This document shows positions 55,777 to 64,000 of a DNA stretch of 64,000 bases, piece after piece. This DNA is from Myxococcota bacterium (GTDB lineage: Bacteria > Myxococcota_A > UBA796 > CAJQPC01), in the NCBI GenBank assembly GCA_036229005.1, contig JAZAMN010000043.1, positions 32,001 to 96,000 on the forward strand, in the 5' to 3' direction. Both the position numbers and the translations under genes were made by a program. The notes under the pieces are model-generated. The model saw only the letters and a list, made by a program, of their open reading frames with translations, was not told the DNA's origin and did not search any database. The first letter of the stretch is position 1. Every line of letters begins with the position of its first letter.

Positions 55777-57050
55777 GCGCCGCCCTGGCCAGGCTCTGGC
55801 ACGAGCTGGTGCGCCCTCGGGGGCGCCGGGCCATGCCCTTTGCGGGGGTGGCGCGGCGGCGTCAGGGGGAGCGCGGGATCGCCCTGTTGATGGTCATGGC
55901 CTCGCTGGCGATCATCACCGTGATCACGGTGGAGCTCAGCTACGACTCGCGGGTGCGGCTGCTCAAGAGCGCCCACCAGCGGGACCAGATCGCCGCGCGC
56001 TACCTGGCCGAGTCCGGGGCGAACATCTACCGGCTCATCCTGGTGGCCGACCGGCAGATCAACAGCCAGCTCTCCGGGCTGATGCCCGAGGGGATGAACG
56101 TGCAGGGGCTCTGGCAGATGCTGCCGGGGCTGAACACGGGCCTGATGCGCATGCTGTTCACCGCGGGCGGCAGCGTGGACGACCAGGAGATGCAGGAGTT
56201 CGCCGAAGAGGGCGTCACCGACGAGATGCGGGACGAGTCGCGGGAGCAGGCCAGTCGCTTCGACTCCAAGAGCTTCCTGGACTTCGAGGGCGACTTCGAG
56301 GCGGAGATCAAGGACATCGACGGGCGGATCAACATCAACCGCCTGGGCCGGAGCTGCACCGCGCGGGTGTGCACGTCCATGGCCGAGCTCCAGCAGGACC
56401 CCATCGCCCAGCAGCTCTTTGGGCTGATGAGCGGCGAGGAGAACGACCAGTGGTTCTATGACCGCAACATCGACCGCTGGGAGCTGATCGGCAACCTGGC
56501 GGACTGGATCGACGTGGACGCCAACCGCGTCTACCAGGGCGGCTACGAGGACACCCTCTACCAGTCCCTGGACGACCCCTACCTGGCCAAGAACGCCCAG
56601 TTCGACACCCTGGCAGAGATCCAGCAGGTGGACGGCTGGCAGGGTGAGGTCTACGACCGCTTCGTGGACCGGCTGACCGTGTACGGCAGCGGCAAGATCA
56701 ACGTGAACAGCGCCGACAACGAGGCCCTCTGCGGGCTGCTGAGGGCCTACACCACCACCCCCGGTGTGCTCTCCGACTGCGACGGCTTCATCGAGCGCTG
56801 GCAGAACAACGAGCTCATCCTGTTCCAGTCCTGGGGCACCGCGGATGAGTTCATCACCAGCGCGACGGACAAGGGCGGCCTGCCCCTGGACGACGCCAGC
56901 AAGCTCAAGGAAGCCATCGGCTTCGAGTCCCAGACCTTCATCGTCGAGTCGACGGGGCTGGTCGGAGATTCCGTGGCCCACCTCACCGTGGTCTACGACT
57001 TCTCCACCGCGCAGAAGGTGGGACGCATCAAGTACTGGAGGATGGACTGA
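55773..57050 (+). CDS. gspK: T2SS minor pseudopilin K
   Basis: RG|IALLMV without E5; GRININ; DWID; KINVNSA. Confidence 0.92.
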   Translation: MSAALARLWHELVRPRGRRAMPFAGVARRRQGERGIALLMVMASLAIITVITVELSYDSRVRLLKSAHQRDQIAARYLAESGANIYRLILVADRQINSQLSGLMPEGMNVQGLWQMLPGLNTGLMRMLFTAGGSVDDQEMQEFAEEGVTDEMRDESREQASRFDSKSFLDFEGDFEAEIKDIDGRININRLGRSCTARVCTSMAELQQDPIAQQLFGLMSGEENDQWFYDRNIDRWELIGNLADWIDVDANRVYQGGYEDTLYQSLDDPYLAKNAQFDTLAEIQQVDGWQGEVYDRFVDRLTVYGSGKINVNSADNEALCGLLRAYTTTPGVLSDCDGFIERWQNNELILFQSWGTADEFITSATDKGGLPLDDASKLKEAIGFESQTFIVESTGLVGDSVAHLTVVYDFSTAQKVGRIKYWRMD

Positions 57051-58804
57051 TGGCCAAAGTCATCGGCATCGATCTCGGCGCCCACACGGTCAAGGTGGCT
57101 GTGATGGAGGGGCGTCTGGGCAACATGGAGCTCACGGAGCTGCGGCTGCGCAATGTGCCGCCGCCGGAGCCCGCGTTGGTCCCGGACCCCGTGCCTGTCG
57201 CGGAAGGAGAGGAGGGGGAGGAGCTGCCCGCGCCGCCGCCCCCACCTCCTGCGAGTCCCAGCCTGGGCGCACGCCTTGCGACGCTCGCGGCCCTGCTCGA
57301 GGACATCGAGCGGGACGAGAACACCACCTACGCGGCGGCGCTGCCGGCCAACCGGGTGTCCGTGCGCCTGGTGCCCATGCCCTTCGCGGACCGGGACCGG
57401 ATCGCGCAGACCCTGCCCTTCGAGCTGGAGGGCTACGTGCCCTTCGACCTGGAGGACTTCATCCTGGACTGGCGGGTGCAGCCCACCGACACCGGGGCCC
57501 GGGTGCTGGCCGCGATGGCCCACCGCCAGAGCGTGCAGGAGCTGCTGACCGGCCTGCAGGCCATGGACGTGGACCCCAAGCATCTGGTGCTGGACGCCGA
57601 GGTGCTGGGTGCCTTCGCCCCCGACACGGGGACCCAAGCCGTCGTGGACCTGGGGCATGACCGCAGCACCGTGGCGCTGGTGCGTGACGGCGAGGTCCTG
57701 GCGGTGCGCGCGCTCTCCCGCGCTGGCCGCGACCTGACCGAGGGGCTCTCCTTCGCGCTGGGCATGTCGCCGCAGGACGCGGAGGCCGCCAAGCTGGTGG
57801 CCGAGATCGCCTCCGAGGGTGGCATCGCGGGGCCCGCGGCCACCGAGGTCGACGCCGAGTGGGAGGGGGACGAGCACACCGACCCCCTGCTGGGGGAGTC
57901 CACCGCCTCGCCGAACCTGGCGCTCAAGCAGAAGGAGGACCTGCCCAGCGCGCTGATGCGCGCCCTGGATCCGCTGCTGGCCGAGCTCCGCGCCAGCCTG
58001 ATCGCCCTCGAGGACGAGCTGGGGCTGGGCATCGACGAGGTGCTGATCACCGGCGGTACCGCCGGCCTCCGGGGCCTGCCGGCGCAGCTCAGCCACGACC
58101 TGGGCGTGCCCGTCCGGCGGGTGGACCTGGGCCCGGTCGCCGAGGCCGCCGGGGACCCCGAGCGCTTTGGCCTGTCCGTGATGCTGGCGCGGCGCGCGGG
58201 CGGCATCGCCGCGGCCCAGGCCATGAACTTCCGCAAGGGGGAGTTCGCGTTCAAGGGCGACGTCGCCCTCGCTCGCACCGTGGTCGGCGTCGGGTTGATC
58301 GCGCTGCTGATGTTCGGGTTGGTGGGGACGGGCATCTTCCTGTTCCAGGCAGCCGGCTACCGCAGCGAGCTGGCGGAGATCCGCGCGGAGAACCGCGAGA
58401 TGGTGGCCGACGCCTTCCCGGACGCGGTGGAGTCCGAGCTGTCGGACCCGCGCAACACGGCCTTCGCCCGCAACCTGGAGGCGACCACCCGCCGGGACAA
58501 CCTGGGCAGCACTGTGGGTGGCGAGCCGCCCGTGCTGACCACCCTGATGACCCTGACCGAGCTGTCCCCCAAGAGCGCCGAGGCGCCCCTGGACATCTCG
58601 GACCTGAGCATCACCGAGAGCACCATCACCTTCAAGGCGGAGACCGTGAGCTTTGACGCCGCGTCTCAGATCGAGAAGGCCCTGCAGGCGGAGCCCCGCT
58701 TCTCGGAGGCCAAGAAGGCCAACGAGACCAAGGCCGGCCAGGGGATCCGCTTTGACATGAGCATCCCCCTGCCCGTCGACGAGGACGAAGAGGAGGACAT
58801 CTGA
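57050..58804 (+). CDS. gspL: T2SS protein L (PilM-like actin fold + TM + PilN-like domain)
   Basis: IGIDLGAHTVK, LPFELE, VDLG, ITGG, NFRKGEF, TM, ferredoxin-like C-terminus. Confidence 0.88.
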   Translation: MAKVIGIDLGAHTVKVAVMEGRLGNMELTELRLRNVPPPEPALVPDPVPVAEGEEGEELPAPPPPPPASPSLGARLATLAALLEDIERDENTTYAAALPANRVSVRLVPMPFADRDRIAQTLPFELEGYVPFDLEDFILDWRVQPTDTGARVLAAMAHRQSVQELLTGLQAMDVDPKHLVLDAEVLGAFAPDTGTQAVVDLGHDRSTVALVRDGEVLAVRALSRAGRDLTEGLSFALGMSPQDAEAAKLVAEIASEGGIAGPAATEVDAEWEGDEHTDPLLGESTASPNLALKQKEDLPSALMRALDPLLAELRASLIALEDELGLGIDEVLITGGTAGLRGLPAQLSHDLGVPVRRVDLGPVAEAAGDPERFGLSVMLARRAGGIAAAQAMNFRKGEFAFKGDVALARTVVGVGLIALLMFGLVGTGIFLFQAAGYRSELAEIRAENREMVADAFPDAVESELSDPRNTAFARNLEATTRRDNLGSTVGGEPPVLTTLMTLTELSPKSAEAPLDISDLSITESTITFKAETVSFDAASQIEKALQAEPRFSEAKKANETKAGQGIRFDMSIPLPVDEDEEEDI

Positions 58805-59388
58805 TGAGCGCATTCAAGGCCAGGATCGCGGGCCTGCAGGCCCGGGTCGAGGGCATGCTCGATGGCATGTCCAGTCGCGACCGCACCCTGCTGATGGGGC
58901 TGGTCGTGTTCGCCGCGTTGGCCGCCGTCGGTGGCGGTGCGTGGAGCATGATGGGCCGCCTGGACACGCTGGAGAAGCAGGTCAAGGAGGCCCGCGGCGA
59001 CCAGCAGTTCATCCAGAGCGAGATCGCCGAGTACAAGGCCGCCTCCACCGAGCTGGAGCGGATCCAGAAGGAGATGGCCAAGTACGAGGGGCAGGACATG
59101 TCCTCCTTCATGGAGAAGGCCGCCGAGGCCGCGGAGATCCGCGACCGGCTGGACAGCGTCCGGGAGAACTCCGTGGTCGAGATGGGCGACCTGGAGCAGA
59201 AGAACTACAGCGTGCGCCTGACCCGGGTGAGCCTGGACCAGATGGTCAAGTTCCTCTACCAGGTCGAGGCCACCGGCTACCCCCTGCAGATCACCACCGC
59301 CAAGTTCAAGCGGGTGAAGGTCTCCGGGGAGTGGATGCTGAACGTGACCCTTGAGATCGCGGCCTACCGGCTGCTGCAGGAGGCCTGA
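58804..59388 (+). CDS. gspM: T2SS protein M
   Basis: SSRDR + TM + coiled coil + VSLDQMVKFLYQVE. Confidence 0.85.
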   Translation: MSAFKARIAGLQARVEGMLDGMSSRDRTLLMGLVVFAALAAVGGGAWSMMGRLDTLEKQVKEARGDQQFIQSEIAEYKAASTELERIQKEMAKYEGQDMSSFMEKAAEAAEIRDRLDSVRENSVVEMGDLEQKNYSVRLTRVSLDQMVKFLYQVEATGYPLQITTAKFKRVKVSGEWMLNVTLEIAAYRLLQEA

Positions 59389-60731
59389 TGCAGCGCCTGA
59401 TCTTTGCGCTCGGTGGCCTGGCCATCGGCATCGTCACCTTCGGCGCGGGCTTCGTGCTGACCTTCCCGTCGGGCCTCGCGGCCGAGCGGGCGGGCTACGA
59501 GCTGAACCAGGCCACGGACGGCGGGTTGATCCTGGAGGCCGAGAGCCTGCGCCCCTGGCGGCTCTCCGGCGCCAAGGCCCAGGACCTGCACCTCTACACC
59601 GTGCCCCAGAAGCGCGGCCGCAACGCGCCCGAGCCGGTGCCCAACCGGGTGCTCTCGATGGACAGCGCCGCGGCGCGCATCAAGCCCTTCGCCGCGCTGG
59701 GGGGCACCTACGACGTGACCCTGGACGGAGAGCTCTACGAGGGCGATCTGGACGGCCGCGTCGTCGTGATCGGGGAGCGCCTGGAGGTGCCGGAGCTGCT
59801 GCTGGATGGCGCCGATCTCTCCCGCTACCCCTTGGACTTCGGCGAGGTCTCCGTGGACGCCCAGGGCATCGTGCGCCTGCGCGTCACCAGCATGATCTAC
59901 GACCCCTCCGAGCTGGACGACGCCAAGGGCAAGCTGCGCCTGGAGGTCGACGGGCTGGTGCTCGACGGTCTGTCCTTCTCGGGCATCGACCTGCCCACCA
60001 GCACCTTCTCCGAGTCCATCCTGTCCTTCACGCTGGACAACGGCCGGGCGCGGGTGAAGAAGGGCAGCTTCATGGCCGACACCCTGGAGCTCGAGGTGGA
60101 CGGCGATATCGAGCTCAACAAGAAGCTCAGCCGCAGCCGCCTGAACCTGGAGCTGCGCCTCAAGCTGCTGGACGAGGCCCTGGACGGCCTGGCCAAGATC
60201 GCGCTGGGCTCCAGCCGTGATGACGCCGGCGTCTACCACTTCGAGGTGGGCGGCACCCTGGAGCGCCCGGCCCCCCGCCCCAAGCGCTTCGGGGCCAGCA
60301 CCAGCGGACGCCGGAACCGCGCGCCCGGCCCCAGCGTGGGCAACCTCCCTGGCGCGGATCTGCCCGGCATGAAGCCGCCCCCCGACAACCCCGACGAGAA
60401 CTTCCGGCCCCTGGACCGGGAGGACCCCGAGGCCCGCCGTCAGGCGCGTGAGGAGCGGATCCGTCAGCGCCGCGAGGCCATGGATGCGCGCCCCGCTGAG
60501 CCTTCGCCCAACGAGCTGGACGACGAGTACGAGGACGACGAGGACTACCTCGACGACGAGGAGGACGACTTCGAGGACGACGAGGAGTACCTGGACGACG
60601 AGGACTTCGGCGACGAGGCCATCGAGCCCATCCGGGATCTGCCCGGCATCCCCGACGCCCTGCCGGTGCCGGCGCCCCGCCCGATGGCGGACCGCGACTG
60701 GCCCGAGGCGATCCCCCCCGACCAGGACTGA
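59388..60731 (+). CDS. gspN: T2SS protein N with disordered acidic C-terminus
   Basis: TM + TFP; beta-rich body; VGGTLERP; last gene of the operon. Confidence 0.8.
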   Translation: MQRLIFALGGLAIGIVTFGAGFVLTFPSGLAAERAGYELNQATDGGLILEAESLRPWRLSGAKAQDLHLYTVPQKRGRNAPEPVPNRVLSMDSAAARIKPFAALGGTYDVTLDGELYEGDLDGRVVVIGERLEVPELLLDGADLSRYPLDFGEVSVDAQGIVRLRVTSMIYDPSELDDAKGKLRLEVDGLVLDGLSFSGIDLPTSTFSESILSFTLDNGRARVKKGSFMADTLELEVDGDIELNKKLSRSRLNLELRLKLLDEALDGLAKIALGSSRDDAGVYHFEVGGTLERPAPRPKRFGASTSGRRNRAPGPSVGNLPGADLPGMKPPPDNPDENFRPLDREDPEARRQAREERIRQRREAMDARPAEPSPNELDDEYEDDEDYLDDEEDDFEDDEEYLDDEDFGDEAIEPIRDLPGIPDALPVPAPRPMADRDWPEAIPPDQD

Positions 60732-60740
60732 GCGGGGGGC

Positions 60741-62399
60741 TCAGCCCTCGGGGTCTTCGATGACGACCTGAGGGCCCTGCAGCTCGGCGTCCAGGGAGCG
60801 TCGGAGCGCCTGCAGGCCCTCAAGCTCGGGGTGCTTGGCCTCCAGCAGCCTGATCACGCGGCTGGCCTTGTCCCAGTCCTGGTCGTCCACAAGGGCCTCG
60901 GCCAGCCACAGGGTCCACTCCGGCTCGTCGGAGAGCTGGTGGGCCAACTGGAGCATCTCGCTGGCCTCCTTGCGCACCGCCGCCCGCGCGGTCTCGGGCA
61001 GCACCCTGGCTTCGAGGGTGAGCACGCGGCCCAGCCACGCCTGGTACTTGGGGTCGTAGACCTGCATGCGGTGCGCGGCCCGGAGCAGGCGGTTGGCCAC
61101 GGCGTAGTCCCGGCGCTCCAGGTGGCGCATGGCCTCCTTGAACAGCCGCTGGTCGCGGGGGAGCGTGGGATCCTCCGCCTCCTGCAGGTCCGCCTGGGCG
61201 GCGGCCGCCTCCACCTTGCGCACAAGCTCGCGGGCCAGGCGGTGGATCTCGTCGGAGAGCTGGGGGTTCTCGGCGACCTCGCTGTAGCGCCGGACCATGC
61301 GGTCGGCGGCCTGCTGGATGCGCTCGGCGTCCTGGGTCGCTGGGATGCCCAGCACGGTCCAGGGGTCGGCGTCCTGCAGCCGCTCCAGCTCTCGGCGCAG
61401 GCGCTTGAGGACCATCAGCGCGTCGATGTTGGAGGTCGGGGCGCTGGCGCGCGGTGCGTGGCCGCGGGTGTCGGTAGCGCGGCGGCGCGGAGCGCGCGGC
61501 GCGGGGGGCATCCGGCGGGGTGGGGGGGCCTCCGGCTTGTTGGCGCGCGCCCTGCGGTGGCCCAGGCCCAGCAGCCCGAGCCTCAGGAGCGCGTCGAGCT
61601 CCGGGCCCACGGAGTCCGGGTCCAGGCGGAAGTTGGCGACGGTGGGGCCCAGCGGCTTCTCCAGGCCGTCGCGCAGCAGGCGGCGGGTGTCCCGGTGCAG
61701 GCTGAGGGCCTGGATCCGGGGCGTACCCGGCATGGCCTGGAGCACCCGGTTGCGCTGGTGGTCCACGAAGCGCTTGTCCGCGCCGGCCTTGGCAGCCTGG
61801 AAGAGAAGCTGTCCGAAGCGGTCGGGGTCGGGGTGGGGGCGCGCCCGGCCCGGGGTGAAGTCCAGCTCCGAGGTGTCGAAGAGCAGCCTGGAGACGAGCT
61901 GCTGAGAGGACTCGTCCAGGGGAGCGCCCTGGGCCATAAGCGCGGTGCCGTGGGGAGAGGTCAGGGTGCCGCTGCGCTCTCCAAGCCAGATGGCCACCAG
62001 CCGCGTGAGGGCGTGGAGGTTGGGGCGGCGCTCCCGCGCGCTGTTGTTGTGCGCGTGCACGCGGGCGACCGTCTCGGCGATCTCCAGCAGGGGCGCGCCG
62101 CGATCCATGCCCGCGTCCGCCTGGAACTCCTGGCTGAGGCCGTCGATGCGGCGGCGGCCAAGCACCACCACGGCCAGGTTGGGCGAGGCCCGCTTGCAGA
62201 CCCGGATGGCGTCCGCGGCAGGCAGGCCGAGCTCCACGTTGGTGACCAGGACGTTTGGCGGGCGCGCGCGGCTGGACTGGCGGGCGGACTCCAGGTCGGG
62301 GCTCGCAGCGACGGAGAACCCCTGGGCCAGCAGAGCGGTCCGCATGCCTCGGCACCAGGAGGGGTCGTCGTCAAAGAGCAGGACGTGGGCTTTGGGCAA
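60741..62399 (-). CDS. Pseudo-receiver / degenerate J-domain / TPR protein
   Basis: HVLLFDDD receiver start; DPWTVLGI J-like helix; C-terminal TPR-like helices; start uncertain. Confidence 0.7.
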   Translation of the reverse strand: MPKAHVLLFDDDPSWCRGMRTALLAQGFSVAASPDLESARQSSRARPPNVLVTNVELGLPAADAIRVCKRASPNLAVVVLGRRRIDGLSQEFQADAGMDRGAPLLEIAETVARVHAHNNSARERRPNLHALTRLVAIWLGERSGTLTSPHGTALMAQGAPLDESSQQLVSRLLFDTSELDFTPGRARPHPDPDRFGQLLFQAAKAGADKRFVDHQRNRVLQAMPGTPRIQALSLHRDTRRLLRDGLEKPLGPTVANFRLDPDSVGPELDALLRLGLLGLGHRRARANKPEAPPPRRMPPAPRAPRRRATDTRGHAPRASAPTSNIDALMVLKRLRRELERLQDADPWTVLGIPATQDAERIQQAADRMVRRYSEVAENPQLSDEIHRLARELVRKVEAAAAQADLQEAEDPTLPRDQRLFKEAMRHLERRDYAVANRLLRAAHRMQVYDPKYQAWLGRVLTLEARVLPETARAAVRKEASEMLQLAHQLSDEPEWTLWLAEALVDDQDWDKASRVIRLLEAKHPELEGLQALRRSLDAELQGPQVVIEDPEG

Positions 62400-62442
62400 C
62401 TCGGCAGCTCCAGAGTGTGCGCGCCAATGATAGTCCAGCCGC

Positions 62443-63681
62443 GTGATCGCCTCCCGACAACTGGACCTCGCCGCGAGCCCCGGCGCGCTGATCTCCGCTT
62501 TGGCTGGGCAGGTCTCGGACCTGTGCGCCCTTCGGCTGGGGGGGCGCGTTGTGCTCTGCTTCGGGGCCACCGCAGAGGTCCAGGTCGCGCCCGGTTGGCA
62601 GGACGCCGTGCGCGCGCTCCTCCGCCCGGATCCGGCGCCCCAGGGTGTGGCCTTCGCGGGGGGCTGCGTGGGCTTCCTGGGCTACGAGGCGGGCCGCTTC
62701 TGCGAGCGCATGCCCGATCCCAGAGAGGGGGCCTCGCTGGGGGATGGGGTGTTCCGGCGCTACCCGGGCGGACTCCAGCGCCTCGCCGATGGGTGGGTGC
62801 TGGTGGGCGAGCCCGGGTGGGTCTCCCAGGCCCAGGCGGTGATCCAGGCATTGGACCTGCAGACCCCCACCGCACCTCTCCCCCCCGAGCTGGTCCACGC
62901 GCCGCCAGACGCCGAGTACGCGGCCGGGGTGCGGGAGATCCTGGAGCGCATCGCCGCCGGGGACCACTACCAGGTCAACCTGTCCCGGCGACTGGAGCTG
63001 GCCCCCACCGAGCGTCCGGAGCGCCTGCTGGCCGCCCTGCTCGCTGCCCACCCGCTGGCCCCCCACGGCGCGTTCCTCCAGGTTCCGGGGGGCGCGCTGA
63101 TCTCCGACTCGCCCGAGCTCTTCTGGCGGCTGGAGTCGGGGCGGGTGCACACACGACCGATCAAGGGCACGGCCCCTCTGGGCTGCGAGGCCGCGCTGGA
63201 GTCCGACCCCAAGGAGCGCGCCGAGCTCACCATGATCGTCGACCTGATGCGCAACGACCTGGGCCGCGTCTGCACGCCGGGCAGCGTCCAGGTGTCCCCC
63301 CGGCGGATCTTCGCGCTGCCGACCCTGCTCCACGCCGAGCAGCAGGTGGAGGGGCGGCTGGCCCCCGGGCGCGACGCGCTGGATCTGATGGACGCGAGCT
63401 TCCCGCCGGCCTCGATCACCGGGGCGCCCAAGGTCCAGGCCATGGCCACCATTCACGCCCTGGAGTCCACGCCGCGCGGGGCCTATACGGGGGCCATCGG
63501 GGCCTTCCTGGACGGCGGGGACGCTGAGTTCTCGGTCGCGATCCGGGTGCTCCAGGCGCTCGACCACACCACCTTGCTCCACGTGGGCTGCGGCATCGTC
63601 GCGGACTCGGATCCCGCGAGCGAGGTGCGGGAGACCTGGCTCAAGGCCCGGTCATGGCTGGGCGAGCGCCCGGGCGGCTGA
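62443..63681 (+). CDS. pabB: Aminodeoxychorismate synthase component I (chorismate-binding family)
   Basis: GDHYQVNLS, SPELF, PIKGT, MIVDLMRNDLG, SITGAPK, RGAYTG, GCGIVADS; start uncertain. Confidence 0.85.
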   Translation: MIASRQLDLAASPGALISALAGQVSDLCALRLGGRVVLCFGATAEVQVAPGWQDAVRALLRPDPAPQGVAFAGGCVGFLGYEAGRFCERMPDPREGASLGDGVFRRYPGGLQRLADGWVLVGEPGWVSQAQAVIQALDLQTPTAPLPPELVHAPPDAEYAAGVREILERIAAGDHYQVNLSRRLELAPTERPERLLAALLAAHPLAPHGAFLQVPGGALISDSPELFWRLESGRVHTRPIKGTAPLGCEAALESDPKERAELTMIVDLMRNDLGRVCTPGSVQVSPRRIFALPTLLHAEQQVEGRLAPGRDALDLMDASFPPASITGAPKVQAMATIHALESTPRGAYTGAIGAFLDGGDAEFSVAIRVLQALDHTTLLHVGCGIVADSDPASEVRETWLKARSWLGERPGG

Positions 63682-64000
63682 GAGGGGGTCGGCGGCGGCC
63701 AGGATGTCGGAGATCACGGCCCAGGCGTCCACCCCGGTCGCGCGCAGCTCTGGCAGGCGGGCCCGGGTGATGCCCCCGATGGCGACCACCGGCACGGTCG
63801 CGGCCAGGGTGACCTCGGCGACGCGATCCAGTCCCTTTCCGTGGCCCGCGCTGCGCTTTGTGGCGGTGGAGAACACGGGCCCAAAGCCCACGTAGTCCAC
63901 CCCCTCCTCCTGGGCCCTCTGGAGCTGAAGCAGGTCGTGGGTGCTGCGCCCGCGCAGGCCGCAGTCGGGGGGGAAGGGGCCGTCGTCCTGGCCCAGGTGC
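63652..64000 (-). CDS. thiE: Thiamine-phosphate synthase (5' end outside window)
   Basis: HLGQDD, GRSTH, DYVGFGPVFSTATK, VVAIGGI. Confidence 0.92.
   Translation of the reverse strand, partial: HLGQDDGPFPPDCGLRGRSTHDLLQLQRAQEEGVDYVGFGPVFSTATKRSAGHGKGLDRVAEVTLAATVPVVAIGGITRARLPELRATGVDAWAVISDILAAADPLSAARALAQP

Noticed and set aside
1..64000. tRNA, rRNA, integrase, transposase or anti-phage defence genes
   Set aside because: No recognisable signatures found by eye; a covariance or HMM search could still reveal divergent ones

Overview
High-GC (about 70% by eye) bacterial chromosomal segment, most consistent with a Myxococcota-like deltaproteobacterium (inference from the DADSD lipoprotein, DUF2330, the gspC-N layout and an AnclNav-type channel). 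It holds about 60 CDS: heme genes (hemH, hemF), HelD, RlmD, GltX, GST-omega, an M16 peptidase pair, a voltage-gated cation channel, a type II secretion operon (gspC-N) preceded by a sigma54 promoter and two candidate enhancer palindromes, pabB and a partial thiE. No rRNA, tRNA, CRISPR array, transposase or integrase was recognised. The most unusual signals are: (1) three intergenic elements, each between convergent genes, made of inverted arrays of exact 31-bp-period repeats around a 90-105-bp core; two of them share a GGCTAC-N9-RTGAGCG-N9 unit; (2) a TPR protein / small secreted-type peptide / ECF-like sigma factor cassette resembling peptide signalling; (3) a 1.7-kb nested hairpin-repeat region; (4) a multi-hairpin candidate ncRNA; (5) four tandem paralogous beta-barrel-like envelope proteins; (6) two small membrane ORFs below the ORF-track cutoff, one inside the T2SS operon; (7) recurrent leaderless-type starts and ultrashort lipoprotein signal peptides. 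All product calls come from motif recognition by eye, not from database searches.
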